NCBI GenBank assembly: GCA_964624555.1
Contig: CAZUXB010000002.1
Span: 34,586-98,585 of the forward strand
DNA length: 64,000 nt
Origin: an uncultured Rickettsiales bacterium
GTDB lineage: Bacteria > Pseudomonadota > Alphaproteobacteria > Rickettsiales > SXRF01
Direction: 5' to 3'
Shown here: piece by piece, positions 26,824 through 36,138 of the stretch
Layout of the letters: each line of letters starts with the position of its first letter
Position numbering within the stretch: the first letter of the stretch is position 1
Translations under genes and position numbers: made by a program
The notes under the pieces: generated by a model
What the model was told of the DNA's origin: nothing
The model's input: the letters and a program-made list of their open reading frames with translations, nothing else
Databases searched by the model: none

Positions 26824-27198
26824 ATGGATATCGAAATTACAAAATATAAAAATTATTCTAGCTCAGATTCTCTTAATAATCGCTTAACGCGGCTGGAGAG
26901 AATATTGCAGCAAATCCTCGAAATATCAGGAAATAATGCAAAAAACCCAAATGGTTCGTTAATAGCGGGCGGAATAGTTAATAATGATGTAAACCTGCCG
27001 GGTAAATTACTTGCCGAACTGGCTTCAATGGTGCCTGATATGTCAGCACCTGCTGCCAGTACCAGACAACCAGAATTTTCAATAACTCCAAGGCAAAATA
27101 TCGCAAAAAATGTTATACGCAGTTTGCTGCTCAGCAATGGGCAAATTATAAGCGAATTGGCGGCCGCAATTGCCAGGGCCGGACAGCGTAATTCCTGA
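26824..27198 (+). CDS. hypothetical protein
   Basis: 124-aa ORF. No motif recognised. Confidence 0.4.
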   Translation: MDIEITKYKNYSSSDSLNNRLTRLERILQQILEISGNNAKNPNGSLIAGGIVNNDVNLPGKLLAELASMVPDMSAPAASTRQPEFSITPRQNIAKNVIRSLLLSNGQIISELAAAIARAGQRNS

Positions 27199-27262
27199 TA
27201 TCTGTAACATATTGTAAAATATATATTTTAATTTGTGACAATAAGGTTAATATTATGCCATA

Positions 27263-27291
27263 TTGACCTGTTGCCGTAATCAAAATGTAAT
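27263..27291 (+). promoter_or_regulatory. candidate sigma70-type promoter upstream of the four-gene operon
   Basis: TTGACC - 17 nt - TGTAAT in a 175-bp AT-rich gap. Found by eye only. Confidence 0.25.
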
Positions 27292-27379
27292 AAAAAACCT
27301 ATGGTGGTATATGCGTTGATTTTGATATACTTAGCTATAGAAAACTATTGGCAACCCGAAGCACCTTAAAAATTTGAAT

Positions 27380-29248
27380 ATGGCTGATAATCGCAATATT
27401 GGGATGACCCCTGAACAGCTGGCTGCTAAGATGCAGCAGGACCTTGCGCAAACTCAAAACAATAATGCTGCCCAGTTGGCTTCCATGGGAGCCGTCCAGG
27501 AAAAGGACGGAAAAAAATACTGGATGGGTATCGAAGTTCCACCGGAAATGGTTGGAACTCTGCAATATGCGGGTACGGTATTACCTACGGTAATCAACGA
27601 CTGGACCCGTGGTGGCGCTTATGATGGCGCATCTGCCGTTTTCAATAAACTAAATAAAGAATTCAAAATATCGTCGGATGCAATGGCTGGGCACAAAGCC
27701 GGTCTGGCCGCCGCCGCTACTATCAGTGCGCTACTTGTTGGTCTGCAACCAATTTCCGAGATCGCCCAATCGGCCCGTGAGCGTGTCAGGCAACGCAAGG
27801 CGATAAAGGCAAATCTTTCAGCCGTGCTGGAAGGTAAGCCAAGTGCCTACGAAAATAACGAAGTGATAAAAACCGCCATGGAGCGCACCAATGCGATACT
27901 TGGTGCCGGCTTCCGGCAGGCCGCCGGTGAAATTCCGACAGTTGCCCTCAACGGCTATTACGCTCTGCAAAGCCATAAGGAAATGGCCGCCGAAAGAGCC
28001 GGAGCAGCCAAGAAAAATATTGCCAGTGATACCAGCAGCGCCGGAATAAAAGCTGGGAATGATGATTTTGCCCAGAAATTAAAAACAGAAAAACAAATGC
28101 GAGCTGACCTCGACAGGAAACTTGTCAGGGCAGGCTATACTAATGATCGGGAAAGGGCAGGCATTGTTAACAGGAGAATCGAAGAAGTACGTCGTGAAGA
28201 ACGACTAAAACAAGAAGCAAAATATAAAACGCCGGAAGAGAAGAAAAAGGCCATTGATGAAACGGGCAGGCTGTTCCCACTGCTTGGTGTGGGTATATTA
28301 AGCTCGTTTGCAAAACATGCCCTGTCCAAAGGCGATGCCGAGGATGCCAAGAAAACCACCGCCTATAACCTCATCATGGAGTTGCAGGAGAAGATCAATA
28401 GCGGCCATGTTTCCGAAAATTCGAATCTCACCGAACAGGTCATGGATATTTTCCAGCAGAACGAAATTGACCGTGGTCGTTCCGGCATAGGTCCGGTGTT
28501 GCAGGAAAAACTGGAGCCTCTGGCCAAGCGCATCGGCGAGGTGATTGCCAAGAAGGAACTCGATGCTATCGCGCTGGTCAATCTGGTTGGCGAAGGCAAG
28601 GTGATGAACAAGCGCCGTTTCGTGGATGCGGACAGGCTGGAAGAATTGCTCGATGAGCAACGCAAGGTTTTTGGCGGCCACGAAAAAACCCCGCTTGATG
28701 AATTCCTCGCCGATTTCCAGAGCCCAAAACTTGTCATCGCTGCCATCAAGGATAACCTCAAAACCCTTGAAGGAAAGGACAGGGCGATATTTGCTGCGAT
28801 GTTCTCCGATGATGTTCTGATTGGTGCCGGAGTGTCTAAAAAAGATATTCCCGCCCTGCGTAGCGCCGGGCATGATGCGATGTGCGAGTTCGTAAAAGCA
28901 AGAACTATCGAGCTGGCCCAGAAAACTCCTGAGGAATTAAAAGCCAGTGGTTTATCCGATAAGCAGATAGAAGCGATTAATACCCTCAACGAACAGATCA
29001 CCCAGGGTGATGATAAAAAAATAAAAACATCCCTGGATGGTGATGGCGGTGTGGTCGGTGCTGTGCGCAACGTGTTTCTGGAAAAACAGTTGAAAGAAGG
29101 CAAGGGCAAAGGCGGCAAAGCTTTCTGGACAGAAATAATCAATAAAAAAGCGCCTTTGGCTATTGCGCCGAAACCTGATGATATCTCCAAGGCAGAGGCG
29201 ATAAAGAACGAGCGTGAGAGTGGAGCCGAAATAGGGGGTATCGCATGA
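27380..29248 (+). CDS. unknown protein A of a four-gene operon (Ala/Lys/Glu-rich, helical, 1-2 hydrophobic segments)
   Basis: ATG 27380 (the track starts at TTG 27374). About 622 aa. No nucleotide-binding or catalytic motif seen. The stop overlaps the start of gene B (ATGA). Confidence 0.7.
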   Translation: MADNRNIGMTPEQLAAKMQQDLAQTQNNNAAQLASMGAVQEKDGKKYWMGIEVPPEMVGTLQYAGTVLPTVINDWTRGGAYDGASAVFNKLNKEFKISSDAMAGHKAGLAAAATISALLVGLQPISEIAQSARERVRQRKAIKANLSAVLEGKPSAYENNEVIKTAMERTNAILGAGFRQAAGEIPTVALNGYYALQSHKEMAAERAGAAKKNIASDTSSAGIKAGNDDFAQKLKTEKQMRADLDRKLVRAGYTNDRERAGIVNRRIEEVRREERLKQEAKYKTPEEKKKAIDETGRLFPLLGVGILSSFAKHALSKGDAEDAKKTTAYNLIMELQEKINSGHVSENSNLTEQVMDIFQQNEIDRGRSGIGPVLQEKLEPLAKRIGEVIAKKELDAIALVNLVGEGKVMNKRRFVDADRLEELLDEQRKVFGGHEKTPLDEFLADFQSPKLVIAAIKDNLKTLEGKDRAIFAAMFSDDVLIGAGVSKKDIPALRSAGHDAMCEFVKARTIELAQKTPEELKASGLSDKQIEAINTLNEQITQGDDKKIKTSLDGDGGVVGAVRNVFLEKQLKEGKGKGGKAFWTEIINKKAPLAIAPKPDDISKAEAIKNERESGAEIGGIA

Positions 29249-30336
29249 CCTATTTCCACTATTACGCATCGACTATCCGTAATCTTGCCGACGTAGGTAA
29301 GTACATGATCTACCCGGCGGCCTATGCTACGGGCCTGCTTGTTGGTAGAAAAAGTAATTTATCAGGTGAAAAACTACAAACACTTGCCGCTAACTATGCG
29401 CGCGTTACCACCGCCTTGGTCTATACCGGCATGAGCAGTACATTCCATGCTATGGAATCGGAAATGATCGATGCCAATTCGCGTGAGGCAATGGCCACCG
29501 AACTGGGAATAGATCCTGAAAAAGTAAAGTTTTCCGATTATGGAAAATCAGACAATGCCATAATTCATAACGCCTATCATGATAGTTTGAAGTTGCAGAA
29601 ATACCGTTATGGTACGGACATGATGTTTTTAATTCCAACAATTATTGATAAATTCTTACCTAGCCTGCCTAATTTGAAAAGCACTCAGCACGGCCTGCAC
29701 GAGTGGGATATGTTACCATTTGCCGGCAAGGCAGCGTATTGGGCGGGCGAAACCTTTGCCATGGAAAAATCCGGGAACTATGAGATTGTAAAACTGCGCG
29801 AGAATCTGGAAGCGACCGGGAAAGACCTTTCGGCCAATGACCTGATGGGTGTCTATCAGCGCACAAGAAATGACCGTGGTCTGCCGGAAATTGAAAGCAA
29901 ACAGGAAATAGACATGATCCGCCCGCTGCTCACACGCATGGCTGATGAATATAACAAGCGGGAAGGTTTCAGTCTTTCGGAAATAGTTTATCTGATCGGT
30001 CTTGGAAAAATAAATATCCACGAAGCGGATGGTAAAACCATATCGCCGGAAGCAGCACAGAGATCAATGCAGGAAATTGATAAGGTGGTGAAAATAGGAT
30101 TGAATGGTATCCGCGAAGAGAACAAGCGCCTGCATCAGCAGCAGGTGGCTATGGGGCAGCCGTTACCGGAAAAACCAATTACTTTTGTGGATCGCTTTGC
30201 TGATACTGCTTTTAACACCAGCCAGAAGGTTATAACTACGATTACCGGAAAGAAACGCCATTTCAAACCGCAGGAATATATCTCGGTGCGCGACCCGGGT
30301 GAGATCGTAAGCTGGAACTTTGATGTGAACCGTTAG
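29245..30336 (+). CDS. unknown protein B of the four-gene operon
   Basis: 363 aa. Hydrophobic N-terminus (YMIYPAAYATGLLVG; VTTALVYTGMSSTF). No family recognised. Confidence 0.7.
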   Translation: MTYFHYYASTIRNLADVGKYMIYPAAYATGLLVGRKSNLSGEKLQTLAANYARVTTALVYTGMSSTFHAMESEMIDANSREAMATELGIDPEKVKFSDYGKSDNAIIHNAYHDSLKLQKYRYGTDMMFLIPTIIDKFLPSLPNLKSTQHGLHEWDMLPFAGKAAYWAGETFAMEKSGNYEIVKLRENLEATGKDLSANDLMGVYQRTRNDRGLPEIESKQEIDMIRPLLTRMADEYNKREGFSLSEIVYLIGLGKINIHEADGKTISPEAAQRSMQEIDKVVKIGLNGIREENKRLHQQQVAMGQPLPEKPITFVDRFADTAFNTSQKVITTITGKKRHFKPQEYISVRDPGEIVSWNFDVNR

Positions 30337-30349
30337 GGAATAGAGTTAT

Positions 30350-31927
30350 ATGGTTGATCCGACTCCTATAACCAGACATGTGAAATACCACCATCACCAT
30401 GGTGGGCACAAGCCGCATGCGCCAGATTCGACCAATGTTTCCAGTGCAGCCGACGATGTTGTTGACGGCGTAAAACAAGTTGGTAATGGTTCGTCGGTAC
30501 AATGGGGTAATATTGCTATAGCAGGTCCCTGGGTTGTTACGCCGGTTGCCAGGGGTGTAACTAATGCTGCTGCTAAAATAGGGAAATTTACCGGTTTTGA
30601 GCCATTGGAAAAATGGGGAACAAGTGCGAATAAAAGGGTTATAGAATTATCAGAAAAGACCATTTCTGATGCTGCCCAACATATACCAGGTAGCAGAACT
30701 GTTGGGCAGGTTGCTGCCAATGCTTCGTCATTTGCCGGGGAGAAAATACAGGTAGCTGCCGATGCCACCGGCATTAGCAAATATGCTCCCAAATGGAGTG
30801 CGATGCGGGCACAGTCGCATTATGGCAAGCTCCAGACCCAGCTTGATGGTATAGCGGTTCATGAGGGCAATCTGCCAGCGCCACTGCAGGAGCATTTCCG
30901 GGCAATAGTTGATAATGCAAGGAAACCACTTGGCCAGATTGATGCGGACAAGCTGGCCGCTGATGCTAATGAAATGTTCAGCAAGGCGGATGGACTTAAG
31001 CTCGCCGAACATGAAAAAGACGCACTCAAGGCTGCTAAAGGTATCATTAAAACTGCGAGCAAAGCAGCTACCAGCCAGGGCAATGCGGTAAGCCTTGGGA
31101 ATATCGGCGCTGTGGTAAAAGAACTGCCGCAGGGAATTGCCAAATCAGCGGTCATACCGGGAGTAATGAATACTGCCTTTATTGGTATGTCAGCCGTTGG
31201 TATGTATAGTGTAGCCAAAGGCTTTTCCCAGAATCTTGATTCGCTCAAGGAAATGTATGCGGATATAACCGGGAAAAAAGTTTCTACCATTGGTATACTA
31301 ACTGGTAGCGTTCCCAAACCAATTGCTGAGGCCCGTACAAAGTTAATGGAAAATTTTGGCGTATCAGAATTGACCGGGCTAGCTGGTCTTGCAGTCAGCG
31401 TGATTATGGCCTCACGTGGGAAGCTAGGATTGGTAGGGGCTGTTGCGCCAGCTTTGGCCGGTACCGCAGCCGGTGCTATAATCGGCGATTCTGCCCTTTC
31501 TTATTATAGCGGTATGAAGGCTGCGTATGCTGCCGGGCAAAAGCTTTCAACTGATGATTATGCTTTGCTTATCGGTAAGGCCAGTTCTGATCTTAAGCTG
31601 CGCGGGGAAGATAAGGGAGCTTTTGCCAAAAAGCTGGCTGGAATGTACGCCAATGAAAATATCAGCCCGCAGCAGGTGATGCAGGAAGTTTCCAATGGTG
31701 ATCTGAAGAAACGTATTGAGTTGCTGATCAAGGAAAATGAGGCGGCAAAAAATGCTGCGCCTGTAGCACCTGTAGCGGAGGTTCCACAAAAATCACACGT
31801 GGCGGCCTTGCAGGAAGGTTATACAAAACCTGATATCACGAAAAAAGAGCAGCCGGTTATCGGCGATCACACCTCTAAATTAGTGGCTGATGCAGTTAAT
31901 GCCAGCCGCGAGATGGGAGGTGCGTGA
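30350..31927 (+). CDS. unknown protein C of the four-gene operon (His-rich N-terminus, glycine-zipper hydrophobic segments)
   Basis: 525 aa. 'KYHHHHGGHKPH' near the N-terminus. 'LTGLAGLAVSVIMASRGKLGLVGAVAPALAGTAAGAIIG'. Starts 13 nt after the stop of gene B. Confidence 0.7.
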   Translation: MVDPTPITRHVKYHHHHGGHKPHAPDSTNVSSAADDVVDGVKQVGNGSSVQWGNIAIAGPWVVTPVARGVTNAAAKIGKFTGFEPLEKWGTSANKRVIELSEKTISDAAQHIPGSRTVGQVAANASSFAGEKIQVAADATGISKYAPKWSAMRAQSHYGKLQTQLDGIAVHEGNLPAPLQEHFRAIVDNARKPLGQIDADKLAADANEMFSKADGLKLAEHEKDALKAAKGIIKTASKAATSQGNAVSLGNIGAVVKELPQGIAKSAVIPGVMNTAFIGMSAVGMYSVAKGFSQNLDSLKEMYADITGKKVSTIGILTGSVPKPIAEARTKLMENFGVSELTGLAGLAVSVIMASRGKLGLVGAVAPALAGTAAGAIIGDSALSYYSGMKAAYAAGQKLSTDDYALLIGKASSDLKLRGEDKGAFAKKLAGMYANENISPQQVMQEVSNGDLKKRIELLIKENEAAKNAAPVAPVAEVPQKSHVAALQEGYTKPDITKKEQPVIGDHTSKLVADAVNASREMGGA

Positions 31928-32850
31928 TGTCAATTGACGAACGCACGATGATGGACAAGGTAAGTGCCGGGGATTTCGGCGCGATGGATGCTGGCGATAT
32001 TGCCAATGTCGGGCAGTTAGCCTCCGGCCCGCTTGTGAACACTATGGTAAAATCAGTGCCGGGTGGTGCGGCCATTGGTGCCGGTATTTCTGGTGTATCT
32101 AGCTATATAAATTCCAACAAGGAAGCGGCGATATTATCGCAAAGATTTTCCAAGCGTAACCTGCGCGAACTCAAACGCCAGAATCCGGCCCTGCGCCGCA
32201 AACTCAACCAGATGGAAGAGCGCTGGCAGGGTGACATGGTCGATGCTGGCTTCTCTATGGGTATGGGCGCAGCGGCAGGTTTCCTGATTGGGCTTGTAAT
32301 TCCTCTGCCATTTACAAGTCTTATTGGTTCGGTAATTGGCGGTATTGTTGGTCACCAGATATATACTTCCGCCCTCACCGAACAGGCCCAGGACCCAGTA
32401 ACCATGAACGTGCAGGTGGCAAAAATGGCGGAAGAAGGTAAGGGTGTGCCAGTGGAAGCGGTATTTGCAACGCTTGGTGCCAACCTTTCAGGGAAGAGCG
32501 GTAAGATGATCGGCAAGCTGCTTAAAAAATATACTGGCACGGAACTGTTTACCGAAGCATTGGCGGATCCCAAGAACATACCTAAACTTCAGGCGATGAT
32601 GCACAATCCGGTGGTGGATGACGCTATTCGTGCCCAGACCGGGATGCCGCGTGATGCGAATAACCCGATGAAAACCGTTGCCGAGCAGTATGCCGAGCTT
32701 ATCAACAGCGGCCAGATGCAGGCCAAGAATATGCTTAATACCGGCGAAGGCTTATATATTCTTTCCGCCATGCAGCGCGGGCAGCAATATAATGTTGACG
32801 TTCCCATTACCCCGGAAATACAGCGCCAGCAGTTGGGCCGCCAATCTTAA
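31924..32850 (+). CDS. unknown protein D of the four-gene operon (glycine-zipper membrane segment)
   Basis: GTG 31924 or ATG 31927 overlaps the stop of gene C (GTGATG). 'GMGAAAGFLIGLVIPLPFTSLIGSVIGGIVG'. Ends 62 nt before GTA g12. Confidence 0.7.
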   Translation: MMSIDERTMMDKVSAGDFGAMDAGDIANVGQLASGPLVNTMVKSVPGGAAIGAGISGVSSYINSNKEAAILSQRFSKRNLRELKRQNPALRRKLNQMEERWQGDMVDAGFSMGMGAAAGFLIGLVIPLPFTSLIGSVIGGIVGHQIYTSALTEQAQDPVTMNVQVAKMAEEGKGVPVEAVFATLGANLSGKSGKMIGKLLKKYTGTELFTEALADPKNIPKLQAMMHNPVVDDAIRAQTGMPRDANNPMKTVAEQYAELINSGQMQAKNMLNTGEGLYILSAMQRGQQYNVDVPITPEIQRQQLGRQS

Positions 32851-32912
32851 TTTTCCTTTCTTCTTCCTCTCCAAGAGGGAGATGGAACTTTATCTCATAT
32901 AATGGAGTTTTT

Positions 32913-33515
32913 ATGGCATTCATTGAAGTCGCCTTTCCCCCTGATATTGCCTATGGCTCGGCGGGCGGGCCGGAATATTCTACCGATATTGTAATTACCC
33001 ATGGTGGGTATGAGCAGCGCAATATTAACTGGGCGCAGTCGCGTGCCCGCTATAATGTCGCGCATGGGGTAAAGACCCAGAGCCAGCTTGATGCGCTCAT
33101 TGCTTTTTTCCGCGCCCGCAAAGGCCGTGCTGATGGCTTCCGTTTCAAGGACTGGAGCGATTATAAGGTAACCGGGCAAGCGATAGGTACCGGCAACGGC
33201 AGCAATAAAATTTTCCAGTTGGTCAAAACCTATAGCAATGGCGGCATAACCGAAACCCGCACCATAACCAAGCCAGTTACTGGCACACTTGCTGTTTACG
33301 TGAACTCGGTTCTGCAATCCGGCCCGGCCTATTCGCTGGATAGCACCACCGGAAAAATAACTTTTGTTACCGCCCCAGCCAACACATCCCCTATTACCGC
33401 CGATTTTGAATTTGATGTTCCGGTGCGTTTCGATACTGACCGCCTGTCGGCTACTCTTGATGCTTACGGCGTGAATAGCTGGAACGATATTCCGCTGGTT
33501 GAAGTAAGAATATAA
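32913..33515 (+). CDS. DUF2460-family distal tail protein (RcGTA g12 equivalent)
   Basis: 'FPPDIAYGSAGGPEYSTDIV...GYEQRN..W...R..Y...HGVK...FFRARKGRADGFRFKDW' is the characteristic DUF2460/TIGR02217 pattern. Confidence 0.85.
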   Translation: MAFIEVAFPPDIAYGSAGGPEYSTDIVITHGGYEQRNINWAQSRARYNVAHGVKTQSQLDALIAFFRARKGRADGFRFKDWSDYKVTGQAIGTGNGSNKIFQLVKTYSNGGITETRTITKPVTGTLAVYVNSVLQSGPAYSLDSTTGKITFVTAPANTSPITADFEFDVPVRFDTDRLSATLDAYGVNSWNDIPLVEVRI

Positions 33516-33525
33516 GGAAAATTCC

Positions 33526-34377
33526 ATGAAAAATATTTCCACCGGCCTTGCCGCGCATATTGCCGGCGAGGTTACTACCCTTGCGACCTGCTGGAAGCTT
33601 ACCAGGCGAGATAGCACGCTATTTGGTTTTACTGACCATGATACCGATATTACAGTCGATAGCGTAACCTATAAAGCTGCCAGCGGTTTTACTCCCAGCG
33701 CTATCCAGAACACAGCCTCATTGAGCGTTGATAACCTTGATGTCGAGGGGATGCTCTCATCGGGCAATATAACCGAGGCCGATATTATGGCCGGGCTTTA
33801 TGATTTTGCTGAGATAGAGATATTCATGGTCAATTATAATGATATAACTCAGGGCAAGCTTAAACTCCGCCGCGGCTGGCTTGGTGAGGTATCGCTGGTA
33901 AAACAGCAATTCATAGCCGAGGTGAGGGGGCTTACCCAGCGTCTTTCCCAGACTATCGGTGAACTCTATTCCCCCTCCTGCCGGGCAACTTTTGGTGATG
34001 CGCGTTGTAAGATAAATATTGCTACCTATACTGTTAGCGGAACTATTACCTCAGTTGTTTCCAACCAGGAATTTTCTGACAGTGGCAGGAGCGAAGTCAG
34101 CGGACTCTATAATTTTGGCAAAATAACCTTTACCAGTGGTGCTAATATTGGCCTCAGTTTGGAAGTTAAGGAATTCTTAGGCGGCGGTAAGATAATTCTG
34201 GTTCTGCCCATGTCCTATAATGTCACGGTTGGCGATGGCTACAGTATGACACAGGGGTGCGATAAGACGCTCGCCACCTGTTCCGGTCAATATAACAATG
34301 TAATTAATTTCCGGGGGGAGCCGCATGTGCCAGGGTTGGACAGAATGTTAGAAACCTCTGGTACCAGAACAAAATAA
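33526..34377 (+). CDS. DUF2163 / BR0599-family baseplate hub protein (RcGTA g13 equivalent)
   Basis: 'TLATCWKLTRRDSTLFGFTDHDTDI...YKAASGFTPSAI' and C-terminal 'CDKTLATCSGQYNNVINFRGEPHVPG'. Confidence 0.85.
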   Translation: MKNISTGLAAHIAGEVTTLATCWKLTRRDSTLFGFTDHDTDITVDSVTYKAASGFTPSAIQNTASLSVDNLDVEGMLSSGNITEADIMAGLYDFAEIEIFMVNYNDITQGKLKLRRGWLGEVSLVKQQFIAEVRGLTQRLSQTIGELYSPSCRATFGDARCKINIATYTVSGTITSVVSNQEFSDSGRSEVSGLYNFGKITFTSGANIGLSLEVKEFLGGGKIILVLPMSYNVTVGDGYSMTQGCDKTLATCSGQYNNVINFRGEPHVPGLDRMLETSGTRTK

Positions 34378-34453
34378 ACTTTTTCTGTAATTTTTATAAT
34401 TACTTTACATTCATAAGATGTTATGACGGAATAGGGTCACAGGAGAATACGTC

Positions 34454-34654
34454 ATGCAGGTGATGCGCGATTTTTGTGTTGGTATATTTTCAGTATTGAA
34501 ACTGACAGGCTCTCCGCTACTATATCGTTATCCGTACCGTAATTCGGCAGAGGGTTTGCACAAGGATTGGGTCAGTATTGGTAGTGATATTCAAAGTATA
34601 ATCGGGAAATTAGAAGAAAACAGCGATGGAAACTGGCGAACAGAAGATCAATGA
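34454..34654 (+). CDS. small hypothetical protein
   Basis: 66-aa ORF with a good SD (AGGAGaatacgtcATG). Overlaps the next ORF by 29 nt. No similarity recognised. Confidence 0.3.
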   Translation: MQVMRDFCVGIFSVLKLTGSPLLYRYPYRNSAEGLHKDWVSIGSDIQSIIGKLEENSDGNWRTEDQ

Positions 34655-35114
34655 GGATAAGATAACCCGTACCGGCGGTCATTATAACCGTAACAGAGGC
34701 GAGCGGATGCAGAACAGGACTGTGGAAATACTGCCGCACCCGGAAGTTCTGGAAAGCTATAATTACGTGGTTGATGGCTCGGCCAAGATGATACTTACCA
34801 TGTTCGAGATGGAGCAGAAGCACCGCCACGAGTGGGAAAAACAAGCTTTAAAGGTTCATGGAACATCATCCCTCGTTGGTCAGGTTTTAGGATTTTTTAT
34901 CGCTATTTCTGTATTCATTTCAGCAAGCGTAATTGGCATGTATGGTAACTCCACCATCGCCGCTTCCATCTGGGTGTTCGGCATGGCTATCATTGTTATG
35001 GCCGGGCTGGTCTGGGCCTATGCCAAGAGCATGGGGCAGCGCCCGCTTTTCGCCCGTCCGACCATGCGCACCCATTTCCGCCCACAAAAAGAAAAGGATA
35101 ATACGGAAGAATAG
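34626..35114 (+). CDS. DUF2335-like membrane protein
   Basis: 'LPHPEVLESYNYVVDGSAKMILTMFEMEQKHRHEWEKQAL' followed by two TM helices. This is the layout typical of DUF2335. The start may be an internal ATG (34707). Confidence 0.65.
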   Translation: METGEQKINEDKITRTGGHYNRNRGERMQNRTVEILPHPEVLESYNYVVDGSAKMILTMFEMEQKHRHEWEKQALKVHGTSSLVGQVLGFFIAISVFISASVIGMYGNSTIAASIWVFGMAIIVMAGLVWAYAKSMGQRPLFARPTMRTHFRPQKEKDNTEE

Positions 35115-35115
35115 G

Positions 35116-36064
35116 TTACCATAAAAAGGCAGTGGCGCAGGATACAGATGATACTGTCAAGTCGTATCGTAAATCTGGATAAGTACCGATGGTGCAAGGT
35201 GAGCTGCTGGTTGAATTAAAATCGGAATCCCATTCTCTGATGGTTCCTCTTACAGGATTACCATCATCCATCTTATTATCAATATTATAGGATTGCAGCG
35301 GTGTTGTTGTATTGTCTGCTATCCCGCTATTAACATAGCTTGAATATAAAATAAAGAAATTACTAGCCGATGTATTATGTATTTCAGGTTGGGCGATGTT
35401 GGAGGCATCCCAGTATGGTATTGCTGGGCGTACATCTATGAAAGTATTGTCGGCTATTTTTGCAGTAGGAGCAAATTTAGCGTTATCTATTCCATAAACA
35501 GTTATGGCTATTAAAATAGTTGTCACCGTAACATTGGCTGCTCTGCAGATAGTGGCTGTACTACCAGCAGAATTTAATTTAACAGGTATTGTTGGTGGTG
35601 CTCCCGTAAAAGCGCCTACTAGGTTACCGTCCACCCCATAGCTTCCGCTAACTAATTTTGCCTCACTAAGGTGTTGCCAGAATACAAAGCTTTCGCTTCT
35701 GGTAATTCTTCCATCGTTATCCCCATATCCGCAGAATCTTGACAGAGCAGTTGGGTTAGTTCCTCCGGCATATGCTCCATTATAGGTAAAAAAACCGAGT
35801 TGGCTGGCTTCGCTGGGCGGCATATCAGCGGGCAGGTAGCCATATTTAGCTTTAAAAGTATTTGCTGCTGTTGCTAGTTCCTCAAATTGTTTTATCTGGG
35901 AACGTATCTGTGCTGATGTAATTAAATCTCTTCCTACCATCACACCGCCAACTATAAGGCCGATGACAACCAGAACTATGCTTAATTCTATAAGTGTGAA
36001 GGCGCAATTATCGCTTGCGAGTTGCGAGTTGCGAGTTGCGAGTTGCGAGTTGCGAGTTTTTCAT
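35116..36064 (-). CDS. prepilin-type N-terminal cleavage/methylation-domain protein. Its ATG is out of frame because of a heptanucleotide repeat tract (phase-OFF allele or pseudogene).
   Basis: The in-frame sequence upstream of the track start (GTG 35943) reads ...NCA-FTLIELSIVLVVIGLIVGGVMVGRDL, the class-III signal / N-methyl motif with Glu at +5. This frame has no ATG, GTG or TTG back to an in-frame TGA at 36063..36061. The only ATG (36064) is in another frame and is separated from the motif by (ACTCGCA)x6. Confidence 0.6.
36016..36057. repeat. perfect tandem heptanucleotide repeat (TGCGAGT)x6 on the + strand, (ACTCGCA)x6 on the coding strand
   Basis: Six exact 7-nt units read directly from the sequence, between the ATG and the prepilin motif of the minus-strand gene. 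Confidence 0.9.
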
Positions 36065-36138
36065 ACTTTAGTGATGTGTCAACATTCCAGCTATATATCT
36101 AAACTGTAATTCAAAATCTATTAAGAATAAGTTAATAT

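Noticed and set aside
28298-29269. Long minus-strand ORFs (191, 298 and 105 aa) opposite gene A of the four-gene operon.
   Set aside because: The products are Ser/Phe/Leu/Ala low-complexity mirror images of a Lys/Glu/Ala-rich sense frame. The sense strand has overlapping junctions that link it to its neighbours. The antisense ORFs have no SD or partner genes.
36016-36057. The tandem repeat as a possible CRISPR array or minisatellite.
   Set aside because: The 7-nt units are contiguous without spacers and there are no cas genes. It is a simple sequence repeat, treated under the phase-variation finding.
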